A stretch of 64,000 nt of DNA from a bacterium (GCA_965216315.1 CBDCFN010000016.1:1728001-1792000); one strand, 5' to 3'; shown: positions 27,534 through 38,402, numbered from the stretch's first letter. The notes: generated from the letters alone by a model not told the origin. Translations and numbers: made by a program.

Positions 27534-28949
27534 TTATTTTTTTCTCTTGTTCTTACGACTCTTTCTTTTCGCCCAACCTTTAATATTCTTTTGTTCCACG
27601 CGCGTCAATGCCAGTGAACCCGCAGGGACGTCTTTTGTAATGGTCGAGCCGGCACCAATCCATGAATCCGCTCCTAAAGTAACCGGAGCCACTAATTGCG
27701 TGTCACTGCCAATAAACGAGCGAGCACCAATCTTCGTCTCAAATTTATTCACCCCGTCATAATTGCATGTAATCGTCCCTGCTCCGATGTTGCTTAACTC
27801 GCCAATTTTTGAATTGCCCAGATAAGAAAGGTGATTCGCTTTGGCACCTTGGCCTAATTGTGTTTTTTTGAGCTCAACAAAATTCCCAACTCGCGCACCC
27901 TTCTCTAAATACGAATCCGGACGTAGATGCGCAAAGGGGCCAACCTGCGCGCCCGCATCAAGCTTACTCTTTTCGAGCACACTATAGGGTTTAATATGTA
28001 CGTCCTGACCAATACGAGAATCAGTGATTACACAGCCCGCATCAATACGAGTGCCCTGTTTCACCTGAGTGTGCCCTTTTAATGAACAGCCGGGGCCAAT
28101 AACAACATCAGGGGCAAGACGAACAGAGCGGTCAATATAAGTCGTCTCGGGATCCTGCAAACTGACTCCTTTTTCCATCCAGGCCCGATTGATGCGGTCG
28201 CGGATGACGCGGTTGGCGGCCGCTAACTCAGCGCGGTTATTAATCCCCATCACTTCTTTGGAATCTGCAACGCAATAGCTCCCTACACTCCCACCTGACT
28301 TCACGGCACGATCAACTAAATCAGTCAAATAATATTCACCCTTGCGTTGATTTTTCTTAATTTTGGGCAATTCTCTAAAGAGAAGTGGTTTGTTAACCAA
28401 GTACAAGCCTGTATTGATTTCTTTGATCTTGCGCTGTTCAGCATTCGCATCTATTTGTTCGACGACGGATTGGATAAGCCCTTGACCATTTCTAACAATG
28501 CGCCCGTAGCCTTTCGGCTCTTGAAATTCTGCCGTCATAACCGTCAGGCTATTGCCTTGACTACGATGCTGTTTTAAAAAAGCCTTGAGCGTCTGGGCCG
28601 TAATTAAGGGAACATCCCCATAGAGAATTAACACATCACCAGAAAAACTTTTGAGTGCCCCCAAGGCCGCTTTGACCGCATCAGCCGTCCCACGCTGTTG
28701 CGTTTGTTTAACACAACGTAACTGACGATGCCCATTGCCACGTCCATACGCAGCCGTTAAAACTCCCTGAACGGTCTCCATATCGTGACCCAAGACCACC
28801 ACTAAACGCTCGGCACCCAGACTCTTCGCAACACTCAGCGGATAAAGAAGCATGGGGTCGCCTTGAACCGGATGGAGCACTTTCGGCAACGCCGAGCGCA
28901 TACGTGTCCCCTTACCGGCGGCCAAAATTATTGTCGCTAATCCTGCCAT
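27534..28949 (-). CDS. glmU: Bifunctional UDP-GlcNAc pyrophosphorylase/GlcN-1-P acetyltransferase
   Basis: ILAAGKGTRMRSALPKVLH, GEYYLTD, VGNFVELK, GAGTITCNYDG, hexapeptide repeats. Confidence 0.98.
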   Translation of the reverse strand: MAGLATIILAAGKGTRMRSALPKVLHPVQGDPMLLYPLSVAKSLGAERLVVVLGHDMETVQGVLTAAYGRGNGHRQLRCVKQTQQRGTADAVKAALGALKSFSGDVLILYGDVPLITAQTLKAFLKQHRSQGNSLTVMTAEFQEPKGYGRIVRNGQGLIQSVVEQIDANAEQRKIKEINTGLYLVNKPLLFRELPKIKKNQRKGEYYLTDLVDRAVKSGGSVGSYCVADSKEVMGINNRAELAAANRVIRDRINRAWMEKGVSLQDPETTYIDRSVRLAPDVVIGPGCSLKGHTQVKQGTRIDAGCVITDSRIGQDVHIKPYSVLEKSKLDAGAQVGPFAHLRPDSYLEKGARVGNFVELKKTQLGQGAKANHLSYLGNSKIGELSNIGAGTITCNYDGVNKFETKIGARSFIGSDTQLVAPVTLGADSWIGAGSTITKDVPAGSLALTRVEQKNIKGWAKRKSRKNKRKK

Positions 28950-29154
28950 TGAAACCTCGTTACCCCCCTTCCAGGAAAAAGCTATTCTTTCCCATGACTT
29001 TAGTGAAAGTCGGGTTCACCCCGTGCGAGCGAACGGTGCGCCTATATATAATGATGAACCGATATGTGGCAACCTTATATAAAGGGGGCCATTTCGTTGA
29101 ATAAATGACTAATATGGATGAAGCTTGTCTTTCACGGGAGCGGTTTGTTAAGGG

Positions 29155-29868
29155 ATGACTATGTGGATCCGAGCCATCTTATTGTTTTTCTTAGTAATTT
29201 CGACCTGCCTGCATGGCTGTTCACGCTTGGCCAAGCAGTTTCCTAGCTTTACGGTGCGGGAGGATGTCGTCGAAGACCAACTGAAGGCCGCCATGGAGGC
29301 CTATACGCTCGCGGACGCGGCCGGGACACGCGGAGAAAAAATGGGCTTTGCCAAAAAAGGCGTCACCTATGCGAAACAATGTGCCCAACTCGATCCAAAA
29401 CGGGCCGCCTGTTACTTCTATCAGGCCTTGAATACCGGACTGTATTACCAGGCGAAGATCTTTGGTTATCCTAAGGCGATGATCCGCATTGCAAAAGCGG
29501 CGCACAAGGTCAACGAACTCGACCCCCTCTACGAACAGGCCGGCGGCTACCGCATCCTTGGTAAACTCTACCTCGAAGCCCCAGCCTTCAATCTGGGCAG
29601 CAACGTGGTCCGAAAAGATCTGGATAAATCGCGCGCTTATTTGGAACAGGCGGTCAAGTCAGCCCCTGACTATCCGGAGAATCATCTATTTCTAGCCGAA
29701 ACACTAGTCGCCCAAGACGAATGGGATAAAGCCCGCAACCACCTGAACACTGCGGAAAAACAAATCGCATCCTCTGAATACACGGAAAAAGAACTTAATG
29801 ATTGGAACAAAATCATTCGTAAACTTAAGAAAACTTTTAAACGAAAAAGACACAAATTGGGGCCCTGA
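29155..29868 (+). CDS. TPR-like helical-repeat lipoprotein
   Basis: Lipobox LHGC; TPR-like AQLDP, NELDP..GGYRILGKLY, KSAPDYPENHLFLAETL. Confidence 0.75.
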   Translation: MTMWIRAILLFFLVISTCLHGCSRLAKQFPSFTVREDVVEDQLKAAMEAYTLADAAGTRGEKMGFAKKGVTYAKQCAQLDPKRAACYFYQALNTGLYYQAKIFGYPKAMIRIAKAAHKVNELDPLYEQAGGYRILGKLYLEAPAFNLGSNVVRKDLDKSRAYLEQAVKSAPDYPENHLFLAETLVAQDEWDKARNHLNTAEKQIASSEYTEKELNDWNKIIRKLKKTFKRKRHKLGP

Positions 29869-29870
29869 CT

Positions 29871-31247
29871 ATGTTTAAAAAACTTAATTCTATCTTGGTT
29901 ATTATAGGCTTCGTACTCACTGCCAATCATGCGGCGTGGGCCGAAGACATACGCGTCGTGAACATCCTCAAAGAACTGATTGAGGCCGATACAACCAACC
30001 CGCCAGGAAGTGAATTGCGTGGTGTCCTCGTCCTTGAAAAATGGCTCAAACAAATCCCCAATATTGAGCTTGAGCGGCTGGAGTCGGAACCCGGCCGTAC
30101 AAGTCTCATCGCCCGCATACATGGTAAGGGCGACCAGCCTGCCTTGATTCTTCTCGGCCACATTGATGTCGTCGCGGCTGATCCCAAGGAATGGAAACAT
30201 CCACCGTTTAAGGCCACCATTGCCGACAACTATGTTTGGGGGCGCGGGGCTATCGATATGAAGGGAATGCTGGCAATGCAAGTTGATGCCATGCTCAACC
30301 TGTCTGAACAAAAAAAATCTTTCAACGGTGACCTCATTCTCGTGGCAACTGCGGATGAAGAAACCGGCGGTGCAAAAGGAGCCGAATGGCTGCTTACAAA
30401 AAGGCCGGACCTGTTAAAAGCCGGCTGGGTGTTAAATGAAGGATCCATCGGGGTCCGCCGCGAAAATTTTGATATTTTTCCGATTCAGGTCGCTGAAAAA
30501 GGCGTCTGTTGGCTTCGGCTCACCAGTCAGGGGCGATCAGGTCATGGTTCGATGCCCGACAAAGATAATGCCGCACTCAAATTAATCACTGCTATGGATG
30601 TGATTGGGAACTATCGATTCCCACTACAAGCGACGCCTGTAACAAAAGAATTTCTGAGATCCATTAGCAGTCAATTTTCATTTCCGCAGTCGTTCGTTCT
30701 CAAAAATCTATTTCAACCGCTTATCGGACTTATTCTGCGGCCGCTGGCTCGTCCGCAAATTGCCAAAGATCGCGCCATTCACGCTATTTTAACCCATACC
30801 GCCGCACCGACACGACTCACCGCCGGCAATAAAGTCAATGTCATCCCCCACACGGCCGAAGGTTACGTTGACGCACGCATACTCCCCGGAACCACTCCCG
30901 TTGAATTCCGTAATTTCCTCCAAGGCTTGGTGGGCAATGAGGTCAAATTAGAAATTGTCACTTCGAGCCTGCCCAACGAAACTCAGTGGGATACGCCTTT
31001 TTACCGAGCTCTCGCACGCTCCCTAAAAAAACATTTTCCTGAGGCCGTCATCACACCCATCATGTCCGCAGGGGCGACCGACTCGCGTTTTTTTCGCGAT
31101 GCAGGGGTGCCCGCTTACGGTTTAATCCCGGCTTTGATCACTGAAGAAGATCTCGAAGGGCTCCACGGCAAAAATGAACGCATTCCCATTAAGGGACTGA
31201 AAACGGGTGTCAAAATTATAACTGAAGTTATTGATGAGGTCCTCTAA
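29871..31247 (+). CDS. M20/M25/M40 family metallo-hydrolase (exported)
   Basis: GHIDVV, GRGAIDMKG, ADEETGG, NEG, GHGSMP, GATDSRFF, HGKNERI; N-terminal signal peptide. Confidence 0.92.
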   Translation: MFKKLNSILVIIGFVLTANHAAWAEDIRVVNILKELIEADTTNPPGSELRGVLVLEKWLKQIPNIELERLESEPGRTSLIARIHGKGDQPALILLGHIDVVAADPKEWKHPPFKATIADNYVWGRGAIDMKGMLAMQVDAMLNLSEQKKSFNGDLILVATADEETGGAKGAEWLLTKRPDLLKAGWVLNEGSIGVRRENFDIFPIQVAEKGVCWLRLTSQGRSGHGSMPDKDNAALKLITAMDVIGNYRFPLQATPVTKEFLRSISSQFSFPQSFVLKNLFQPLIGLILRPLARPQIAKDRAIHAILTHTAAPTRLTAGNKVNVIPHTAEGYVDARILPGTTPVEFRNFLQGLVGNEVKLEIVTSSLPNETQWDTPFYRALARSLKKHFPEAVITPIMSAGATDSRFFRDAGVPAYGLIPALITEEDLEGLHGKNERIPIKGLKTGVKIITEVIDEVL

Positions 31248-31624
31248 TGGCTCGTTGCATTTATTGTCAGTGCCGATCAGGATTTATATCGCAAGTATGC
31301 CGTGATTGCCGCACTTTAACCCGCGCTTTCAAAACTCTTAATGAGAATTTTGGGTACCGTGAGTTGCTTGATAAACTTTTGGATACCGGTGTCGATCCAG
31401 ACAAAATAGAAAAGTTTCTCGACACGGATACCGAAGGAACCGGCAGTATCAGTCAACGGATCACCGCTCGGATGACCAATCAACTGATGGCAGATCTGGG
31501 CCAACCGACAAAAATGAGCGGTCAGGATGTAAAAGAGGTTGAAAAGAGCATCGCAAACGGCGAAAGTTACCTGGATATGCCGGATGTGGTCGCGCATCCC
31601 AAAAGCGAACCAGAGGAAGAATAG
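31247..31624 (+). CDS. Hypothetical protein with an N-terminal CxxC..CxxC zinc-ribbon-like motif
   Basis: MARCIYCQ..VCRDC; translationally coupled to the upstream gene (TAATG) and 2 nt from mgtE. Confidence 0.7.
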   Translation: MARCIYCQCRSGFISQVCRDCRTLTRAFKTLNENFGYRELLDKLLDTGVDPDKIEKFLDTDTEGTGSISQRITARMTNQLMADLGQPTKMSGQDVKEVEKSIANGESYLDMPDVVAHPKSEPEEE

Positions 31625-31626
31625 TA

Positions 31627-32979
31627 ATGCCATTGGCCCCGATCAAAGCGAAGCTGTTTCGCCGCCTTCTTGAGGTTGGATCGGACGATAATATCCGCAA
31701 GAGCCTTGAAAAGCTCCACCCTGCTGACATTGCCCCCTTCTTTTCAGAACTAGCCCCTGGCGACCGGTCCCGACTGCTCAAAATACTCTTCTCGATGAAA
31801 AAGGCCGCCAAGGTGCTTCGCGAGATGCCTGAATTTTTTCTTTCGGAGATACTCTCAGAGATCGACGACAAGCAGGTGGCCACGACCTTAATCAATCTCG
31901 AACCCGATGATGCCCTCTATTTCCTGGAGAGTCTTAGCTCCGAACGGCAGGAAACCGTCCTGACCCTCGTTCCCACATCAACCCGTAATTTGCTCGAGCA
32001 GATGATTTTGTATCCGGAAGATTCAGCCGGCAGCATCATGAATGTGAGTATCGTAACCCTCAAAGAAGACATGACAGCCCAGGATGCGATTGATCATATT
32101 CGAGCCAACAAGGAACACATGGGGGTTTATTACCTCTATGTCGTCGACAGCGATGGAATGCTCAGCGGCATCCTCAGCCTACGTGACTTGTTGTTAGCCA
32201 AAGCGGATACAAACATTAATGAACTTATGAATCGGCAAATTGTCACGGTAGAGCCGACGGTTGATCGAGAAGAAGTCGCACAACTGTTTTCACAATATAA
32301 CCTGTTAGGCATGCCGGTCGTAGACGAGAATCGCAAACTCTTAGGTGTTATTACCGTCGATGATGTTATTGATATCATCGAAGAAGAGGCGACCGAAGAT
32401 ATTTATTACATGGCGGGACTCTCTGAAGCGGATCGAGCCTTTTCACCGCTCAAAGAATCGGTGCGCCGGCGACTTCCCTGGATTACACTTAACATTGGGA
32501 CGGCCTGCCTTTCCGCCTTAGTCGTCGGCTTTTTCCAAAAGTCCATTGTTCAAGCCGTTGCTTTAGCCGTTTTTATGCCGGTCGTCGTTCAAGTCGCCGG
32601 AAGCGTCGGCATTCAAACACTTACCGTTATTACGCGGTCCATCGCCCTCGGTGAATTAGAGTTTGCCACCGCTGGACGAGCAATCGGCAAAGAGATGGGG
32701 TCGGGACTGATTATCGGCCTGATTGCTGGCATCCTGGTCGGTGGCGTCGGCTATCTGTGGATGGGAAACATGTATCTGGGGCTGGTGCTCGCATCTGCAA
32801 TGGTACTGACGATGGTGTTGGCTGGGACCATCGGAGCGCTCATCCCTCTGACCTTACGGGCCATGGACTTTGACCCGGCACTCGGCTCCGGTGTGGCCGT
32901 CATCGCCATTACAGACGTCTGCGGCTTTGTCATTTTTCTGGGCTTAGGAACGATGTTTTTAAGCTATTTAGGGGTTTAA
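31627..32979 (+). CDS. mgtE: Magnesium transporter MgtE
   Basis: HPADIA, YPEDSAGSIM, CBS pair, GVITVDD, RRRLPW, DPA, ITDVCG. Confidence 0.95.
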   Translation: MPLAPIKAKLFRRLLEVGSDDNIRKSLEKLHPADIAPFFSELAPGDRSRLLKILFSMKKAAKVLREMPEFFLSEILSEIDDKQVATTLINLEPDDALYFLESLSSERQETVLTLVPTSTRNLLEQMILYPEDSAGSIMNVSIVTLKEDMTAQDAIDHIRANKEHMGVYYLYVVDSDGMLSGILSLRDLLLAKADTNINELMNRQIVTVEPTVDREEVAQLFSQYNLLGMPVVDENRKLLGVITVDDVIDIIEEEATEDIYYMAGLSEADRAFSPLKESVRRRLPWITLNIGTACLSALVVGFFQKSIVQAVALAVFMPVVVQVAGSVGIQTLTVITRSIALGELEFATAGRAIGKEMGSGLIIGLIAGILVGGVGYLWMGNMYLGLVLASAMVLTMVLAGTIGALIPLTLRAMDFDPALGSGVAVIAITDVCGFVIFLGLGTMFLSYLGV

Positions 32980-32996
32980 TATTTAAGGGGGGAGTC

Positions 32997-34145
32997 ATGC
33001 AGGGATTCGGATCACGCCTACTGGGATCAATAAAAGGGATATTCATCGGTTTAGTCATCTTTGTCGCGGCCTTTCCCGTTTTATGGTGGGGAGAAGGTCG
33101 TCAAAACCTTGCCGAGTTCGTAGAGGAAGCGACAGCAATCGAATCAAAAGGTACACCTTCCGTTGAAGCGAACTCCCTGATTAAAACAACTGGAATCATT
33201 ACTTCGCCCCAAAAAATCCAAGATGCTAAATTCTTGCCGGGCTTTGCAGGCGACAATGTCCTCCAATTAAACCGCAACGTCGAGATGTACGCCTGGAAAG
33301 AGACGGTTACAACAACTAAAAACGGCGACAAAGAAACTAAAACCTATACTTACGACACCGTATGGACTTCCTCCCCGAGTGATTCATCTCGATTTCATGA
33401 GCAGGCAGGCCACACCAATCCTAAACCCAAGGTGAAAAATGAACAATTTCGCGTAAGCCAGGCATCTGTCGGCGACCTTGCTATTGATGCAGCTCAATCC
33501 CGTTTCTATAAGACAGTCCCGCTCGTCCTGAAAAAACCTGATGTCATCACAATGCATGGCAAAGAGAAAACTTCTCTTTCTGGAGATGGCACCCATCTCT
33601 ATCTACCAATTCAAAAACTCTCAGCAGGCTTTTCTTTCAGCAAGCCAAGAAATGTCGCGGCCGCACCAAAAGTGGGCGACCTCCGCTTATCCTACGATCA
33701 CTACCCCGCTAACCAAGAAGGCAGTGTCGTCGGGCGATGGAGCGGAAGCAAAATTGTCCCCCACATTTACGACAAAACTGATACCTTCCTAGGCATCTAC
33801 CCGGGAAGTCCTGATCTGTTCGCAGCGTATCTCCACCAACAGCATAAAATCATGACCTGGTTTATCCGGATCGCAAGTTTTATCATGTTGTGGATCGGTC
33901 TGAACATGGTGCTCGGACCGGTCTTTTTTCTCATTGGCGCCATTCCGATTGTGGGTGAGCTCGGCAAAGGCATGATTTCCATAATGACCGGCGCGATCGC
34001 CTTTGGCCTCTGGTTACTGACCTTGTTACTCGCTAATTTCTGGCTCATCCTGATCATATTACTTGCCTTAGGAATTGGTTTATTGATCTACGCCAAAAAG
34101 AAAGATGCCGACTCACCACCGCAGGTTCCTGCTGAGGCCGGCTAG
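32997..34145 (+). CDS. TMEM43/DUF1625 family membrane protein
   Basis: N-terminal TM ending LWWGEGR; LNRNVEMYAWKE; YDTVW; GHTNP; PKVGDLRLSY; C-terminal TMs after TWFIR. Confidence 0.82.
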   Translation: MQGFGSRLLGSIKGIFIGLVIFVAAFPVLWWGEGRQNLAEFVEEATAIESKGTPSVEANSLIKTTGIITSPQKIQDAKFLPGFAGDNVLQLNRNVEMYAWKETVTTTKNGDKETKTYTYDTVWTSSPSDSSRFHEQAGHTNPKPKVKNEQFRVSQASVGDLAIDAAQSRFYKTVPLVLKKPDVITMHGKEKTSLSGDGTHLYLPIQKLSAGFSFSKPRNVAAAPKVGDLRLSYDHYPANQEGSVVGRWSGSKIVPHIYDKTDTFLGIYPGSPDLFAAYLHQQHKIMTWFIRIASFIMLWIGLNMVLGPVFFLIGAIPIVGELGKGMISIMTGAIAFGLWLLTLLLANFWLILIILLALGIGLLIYAKKKDADSPPQVPAEAG

Positions 34146-34156
34146 TAAAGACTATC

Positions 34157-35173
34157 ATGCGCTGGCAGCAGAAACTGCTTACATGGTACCGCCAACATCA
34201 ACGCGACCTGCCCTGGCGTCGACGACCGACGCCCTATCGCGTTCTCGTGAGCGAAATCATGTTGCAACAAACGACGGTTAAAACGGTCATCCCCTACTAC
34301 CGCAACTTTCTAAAAAAGTTCCCTTCGATGCGTTCCCTCGCCAATTCACAGGAGGAAGAAGTCCTGGCCGCATGGTCAGGACTTGGTTACTATTCACGGG
34401 CTCGCAATTTGCATAAAACAGCGAAGATCTGTCTAAAAGAGTACAAAGGAAAATTACCGAATAGTGCAGACACTCTCATCAGACTTCCCGGTATAGGTGC
34501 CTATACGGCGGGAGCCATTGCGTCGATTGCTTATGATCAACCAGCCGCCATCGTCGACGGGAATGTCGCGCGCGTTCTGTCACGTCTTTTTCGGATGAAG
34601 GCCGATCCCAAAAACGCCACCGGACTCAAGGAATATTGGCGCCAGGCAAGAGAACAAATGCTACAACATGATTGTGGAGACTACAATCAAGCATTGATGG
34701 AATTAGGCGCAACTATCTGCACACCGACGCGCCCGCTCTGCGAATTTTGTCCCGTTCAAAAAAATTGCTCTGCCTTTCAAGAAGACGATCCAGGTCAATA
34801 TCCGCGGATACAAAAGCGCATGCAATACCGTAACGTTCACCTCACTGCCGCATTGATCGCCCATGGAGAATCTTTCTTAATGGTCAAACGTCCCAACCGA
34901 GGAGCCTTGCGCAACATGTGGGAATTCCCTATGATCGAGGGTGAGATCCAAGATCTAGCTTCGGCCTATTCGCTTACACTACCAACCGGAACAGCCTTAC
35001 GCCCGGTACGTCATAGCATTATGGACCAACGAATTCGGGTTAGCCCGTGGCTATTTGAAAAAACACGGTCAATTAGCAAACCCAAGCAGGGTCGCTGGTT
35101 TCAATTGGCGGACATACAACAGCTACCCAGTTCTTCTCTTGTTACGAAACTCCTCGCCCAATTGCCCGATTAA
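34157..35173 (+). CDS. mutY: A/G-specific adenine glycosylase
   Basis: RDLPWR, SEIMLQQT, WSGLGYYSRARNL, LPGIGAYTAGAI, VDGNVARV, CTPTRPLCEFCPVQKNC Fe-S motif. Confidence 0.97.
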   Translation: MRWQQKLLTWYRQHQRDLPWRRRPTPYRVLVSEIMLQQTTVKTVIPYYRNFLKKFPSMRSLANSQEEEVLAAWSGLGYYSRARNLHKTAKICLKEYKGKLPNSADTLIRLPGIGAYTAGAIASIAYDQPAAIVDGNVARVLSRLFRMKADPKNATGLKEYWRQAREQMLQHDCGDYNQALMELGATICTPTRPLCEFCPVQKNCSAFQEDDPGQYPRIQKRMQYRNVHLTAALIAHGESFLMVKRPNRGALRNMWEFPMIEGEIQDLASAYSLTLPTGTALRPVRHSIMDQRIRVSPWLFEKTRSISKPKQGRWFQLADIQQLPSSSLVTKLLAQLPD

Positions 35174-35234
35174 CCCTCATTGTTTTTCACCGCCCATCCG
35201 CTATAATTAGCATGACGGAGTGGATGGGTGTCGC

Positions 35235-36062
35235 ATGAGTGAAATAGAAAATCTTCAATCATTATCACTGGTTAACCTTGAAACCATCGCCATTGAAGAG
35301 ATTGCATTACTGGTCGCCAAGGACCACTATCCGGAACTGGATACCTCCGCTTATCTCAATCAACTCGATGAGTTTGCGCGTCGGGCCCGCTATCGCATTG
35401 AGGGCGTTGCGGGTGACGCCGCGATCGCGCGCGCACTCAGCCACTATCTCTTCGACGAAGAAGGTTTTCGTGGGAACACAGCAGACTACTACAATCCATC
35501 CAATAACCTCTTTAATGATGTCATGGATCAGCGAACGGGCATGCCAATTTCCCTGTGCGTTCTTTATATTGCAATTGGTCGCCGCCTCGGACTTGATGTT
35601 GCTGGCGTCAATTTTCCGGGACACTTCTTAGTTCATTTTAAAAGCGCACCTACGAGTTTTTACGTTGATGCCTTTGCGAAGGGGAAACTTCTATCGAAAG
35701 ATGAGTGTAATAAGCGATTGGTCGATCGCTATGGAGATGCGATTCCACCGCAAGATCAATTTTTTCAACCTGCCAGTCATCGAGAAATCCTGATCCGTAT
35801 GTTGACCAATATAAAAATGTCGTTTGTACGCCGTAGAGACTTTGAAAATGCCTTGAGAGCACTCAACAGTATTCTCCTCTTTGCACCCAATGGCGCTGAA
35901 GAATTAAAAGAACGCGGGCTCATCTATTTTCATCTGGAGTGCTTTCGGTCCGCCCTCACCGATCTCGAATCTTACCTTGATCTTGAGCCACAGGCACCGG
36001 ATCGCGAAGAAATTGAGGCGTGTGTGGCGGACTTGAGGGATCGCGTGTCACAAATATCGTAG
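35235..36062 (+). CDS. SirB1/YchA family transglutaminase-like TPR protein (alternative start 35220)
   Basis: GFRGNTADYYNPSN, RTGMPISL, GVNFPGHF, ILIRMLTNIK, ERGLIY. Confidence 0.88.
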   Translation: MSEIENLQSLSLVNLETIAIEEIALLVAKDHYPELDTSAYLNQLDEFARRARYRIEGVAGDAAIARALSHYLFDEEGFRGNTADYYNPSNNLFNDVMDQRTGMPISLCVLYIAIGRRLGLDVAGVNFPGHFLVHFKSAPTSFYVDAFAKGKLLSKDECNKRLVDRYGDAIPPQDQFFQPASHREILIRMLTNIKMSFVRRRDFENALRALNSILLFAPNGAEELKERGLIYFHLECFRSALTDLESYLDLEPQAPDREEIEACVADLRDRVSQIS

Positions 36063-36141
36063 GCGCGCTGCTTGCTGCGCCCGCAAGTACCATCATGCAA
36101 ATCCTTTACATTGCCCTGAAATTCCGCTTTGTTACGCGGCA

Positions 36142-37872
36142 ATGACCGCAGTAATAGCCACCTTGATCTGCCTGCTCGCATACGCCCTCGGCTATCGTTT
36201 CTATTCGCGTTATCTCGCTAACAAAATCTTCGGGCTCCGACCAGAAGCCGTCACACCGGCCCACGCGCTCCGTGATGACGTGGACTATGTCCCCTCTCCA
36301 CGACTCATCCTCTTTGGCCACCATTATGCCTCGATCACCGGTCTGGCCCCGATGCTGGGGCCAGCCGTCGCCGTCATCTGGGGCTGGATCCCCGCAATGC
36401 TGTGGGTGGTACTAGGCGCCTTGCTCGTCGGCTGTGTCCACGACTTTGGTGCCTTGGTCATTTCGATACGCGCCAGAGGTATGAGCATCGGCAAGGTAAC
36501 GGAAGGAATTATCGGTCATCGCGCCAAAACGCTCTTTTTATTGCTGATCTTTTTCGGGATTTCACTGGCGATGGGAGTCTTTGTCTTTGTCATCTCCACC
36601 CTGTTCACGACTAAGTTCTATCCTCAAGCCGTTTCTCCGTCCGCCATTATTATGATTCTTGCAGTGATAATGGGTTATCTTATCTTTAAAAAAGGCTGGC
36701 AACTGCCCATGCTAACCGGCCTCGCCTTCGCGTTGAGCCTACTCGGCATTTGGGTGGGACTGGCCGCTCCGACCATGGGCGTGGCAAATGAAACGTGGCC
36801 TGACGTTCATACATGGTCATGGATCTTGTTGGCCTACGCCTTCATTGCCAGCGTACTGCCCGTCTGGGCCTTACTGCAAAGCCGCGATTTCATTAACTCC
36901 CTTTTACTCTATTTAGGGCTCGGCACCATGTATATTGGCTTTTTCGTGCTCAAGCCGGAGTTTGCCTCACCGGCTTTTAACGCCCATCCGGAGGGAGCGC
37001 CCTCAATCTTCCCCTTCGTGTTCATCGTCATCGCCTGCGGCGCGGCCAGTGGATTTCATTCGCTGGTAAGCTCCGGAACGACAGCAAAACAAATTAACCG
37101 CGAACCGGACGCCCGCTTCATCGGCTATGGTGGGATGATTGGCGAGTCACTGTTGGGATTGATGGCCGTTCTCGCCTGCACCGCCGGATTCATCTCAAAA
37201 GAACATTGGCATTCCCATTATGTTGACTGGACCAGCGTGCAGGGTCTGGGCAATACCATCAGTGCTTTCATCGAAGGATCGGCCCGCTTTATCAGTGGTC
37301 TCGGAATTCCCGGCAAGGTAGCGTCCTCATTTGTCGCCGTCGTGGTGGTGAGCTTTGCACTGACGACTTTGGATTCGGCAACCCGCCTCCTCCGCTATAA
37401 TATCGAAGAACTTGCCGAGGCCGCCGGCATCAAAGTGCGTCTCAACCGCTATCTGAGTTCCCTCCTCGCTGTGGCCGCCATTGCCTTCTTTGCCTTCTAT
37501 GAAATTAACGGCAAACCTGCCGGGCTGACACTCTGGCAACTCTTTGGCACAACCAACCAATTATTGGCCAGCCTAGCCCTCCTGGTCGTGACGCTTTATC
37601 TCAAGCAACGAGGCCGCAACTATTGGTTTACGCTTATTCCAATGGTATTCATGCTTGGCACGACATTAGCCGCCATGGTGAGCCAACTCAGTAAATTCTG
37701 GCACACGGATAATATCCTCCTCTTCATTGTTGGGTCGATATTGATGCTCCTGGCCTTATGGTTGCTCTTTGATGCCGTGATTACCCTTAGGAAACCGACG
37801 CGGCATTTGGAAGGCACGCTGGATATCAAGTTTAAAGACGGCTCAGAAGATCATCCCGTTCCAAGCGTTTAA
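36142..37872 (+). CDS. cstA: Carbon starvation protein A (peptide/pyruvate transporter family)
   Basis: TPAH..DDVDYVP, LFGHHYASITG, IACGAASGFHSLVSSGTT, TTLDSATRL, WQLFGTTNQLLA. Confidence 0.93.
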   Translation: MTAVIATLICLLAYALGYRFYSRYLANKIFGLRPEAVTPAHALRDDVDYVPSPRLILFGHHYASITGLAPMLGPAVAVIWGWIPAMLWVVLGALLVGCVHDFGALVISIRARGMSIGKVTEGIIGHRAKTLFLLLIFFGISLAMGVFVFVISTLFTTKFYPQAVSPSAIIMILAVIMGYLIFKKGWQLPMLTGLAFALSLLGIWVGLAAPTMGVANETWPDVHTWSWILLAYAFIASVLPVWALLQSRDFINSLLLYLGLGTMYIGFFVLKPEFASPAFNAHPEGAPSIFPFVFIVIACGAASGFHSLVSSGTTAKQINREPDARFIGYGGMIGESLLGLMAVLACTAGFISKEHWHSHYVDWTSVQGLGNTISAFIEGSARFISGLGIPGKVASSFVAVVVVSFALTTLDSATRLLRYNIEELAEAAGIKVRLNRYLSSLLAVAAIAFFAFYEINGKPAGLTLWQLFGTTNQLLASLALLVVTLYLKQRGRNYWFTLIPMVFMLGTTLAAMVSQLSKFWHTDNILLFIVGSILMLLALWLLFDAVITLRKPTRHLEGTLDIKFKDGSEDHPVPSV

Positions 37873-38402
37873 ATAATTAAATTTTGCAGAACTTTTTGGT
37901 GGGCTTGCAAGTCACTCTCACTGAATAACACAAAACGAACGAGTCGCAGGGCGCTTATTTGGGGCGCATAGTGCATGACTGTCTCGAAGGCAATGGTCGC
38001 TGCCTCTTTCAAAGGATAGCCAAAAATACCGGTGGAAATAGCGCAACTCGCCAGCGATGAGATCTTTTTGTCGTCGCACAACTGAAGCGCATTCCGATAG
38101 CAATTAGCCAGCAAGTCAGCCTCTGGCCTATCGACGCCGTAAATGGGGCCTAAACAATGGATCACGTAATCATTGGGCAATTGATGTGCCGACGTAATTA
38201 CGGCATCTCCCGGCTTAATGGGCGCTAGCGGGCGGCATTCGACCTCTAGGCCTGGACCCGCGGCACGGTGAATCGCCCCCGCAACCCCACCTCCTGATAT
38301 CAATTCTGCATTGGCGGCGTTGATAACCGCTTGGCAGTCGGGCTGCTCCACGATATCGCCTTGAACGCATTCCAAGGTAAAATTTCCAAACTGATGCTTC
38401 AT
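37869..38402 (-). CDS. Macro domain protein (ADP-ribose/O-acetyl-ADP-ribose hydrolase); possible upstream in-frame start at 38504
   Basis: QGDI, INAAN..GGGVAGAIHRAAG, VIHCLGP, AISTGIFGYP. Confidence 0.92.
   Translation of the reverse strand: MKHQFGNFTLECVQGDIVEQPDCQAVINAANAELISGGGVAGAIHRAAGPGLEVECRPLAPIKPGDAVITSAHQLPNDYVIHCLGPIYGVDRPEADLLANCYRNALQLCDDKKISSLASCAISTGIFGYPLKEAATIAFETVMHYAPQISALRLVRFVLFSESDLQAHQKVLQNLII

Noticed and set aside
27530..27540. glmS ribozyme
   Set aside because: glmU and glmS are 1 nt apart, leaving no leader for the ribozyme.
35212..35238. Tiny ORF MTEWMGVA overlapping the sirB1-like start
   Set aside because: Its ATG is only 4 nt after the putative TATAAT, so probably not transcribed; it could easily be chance.
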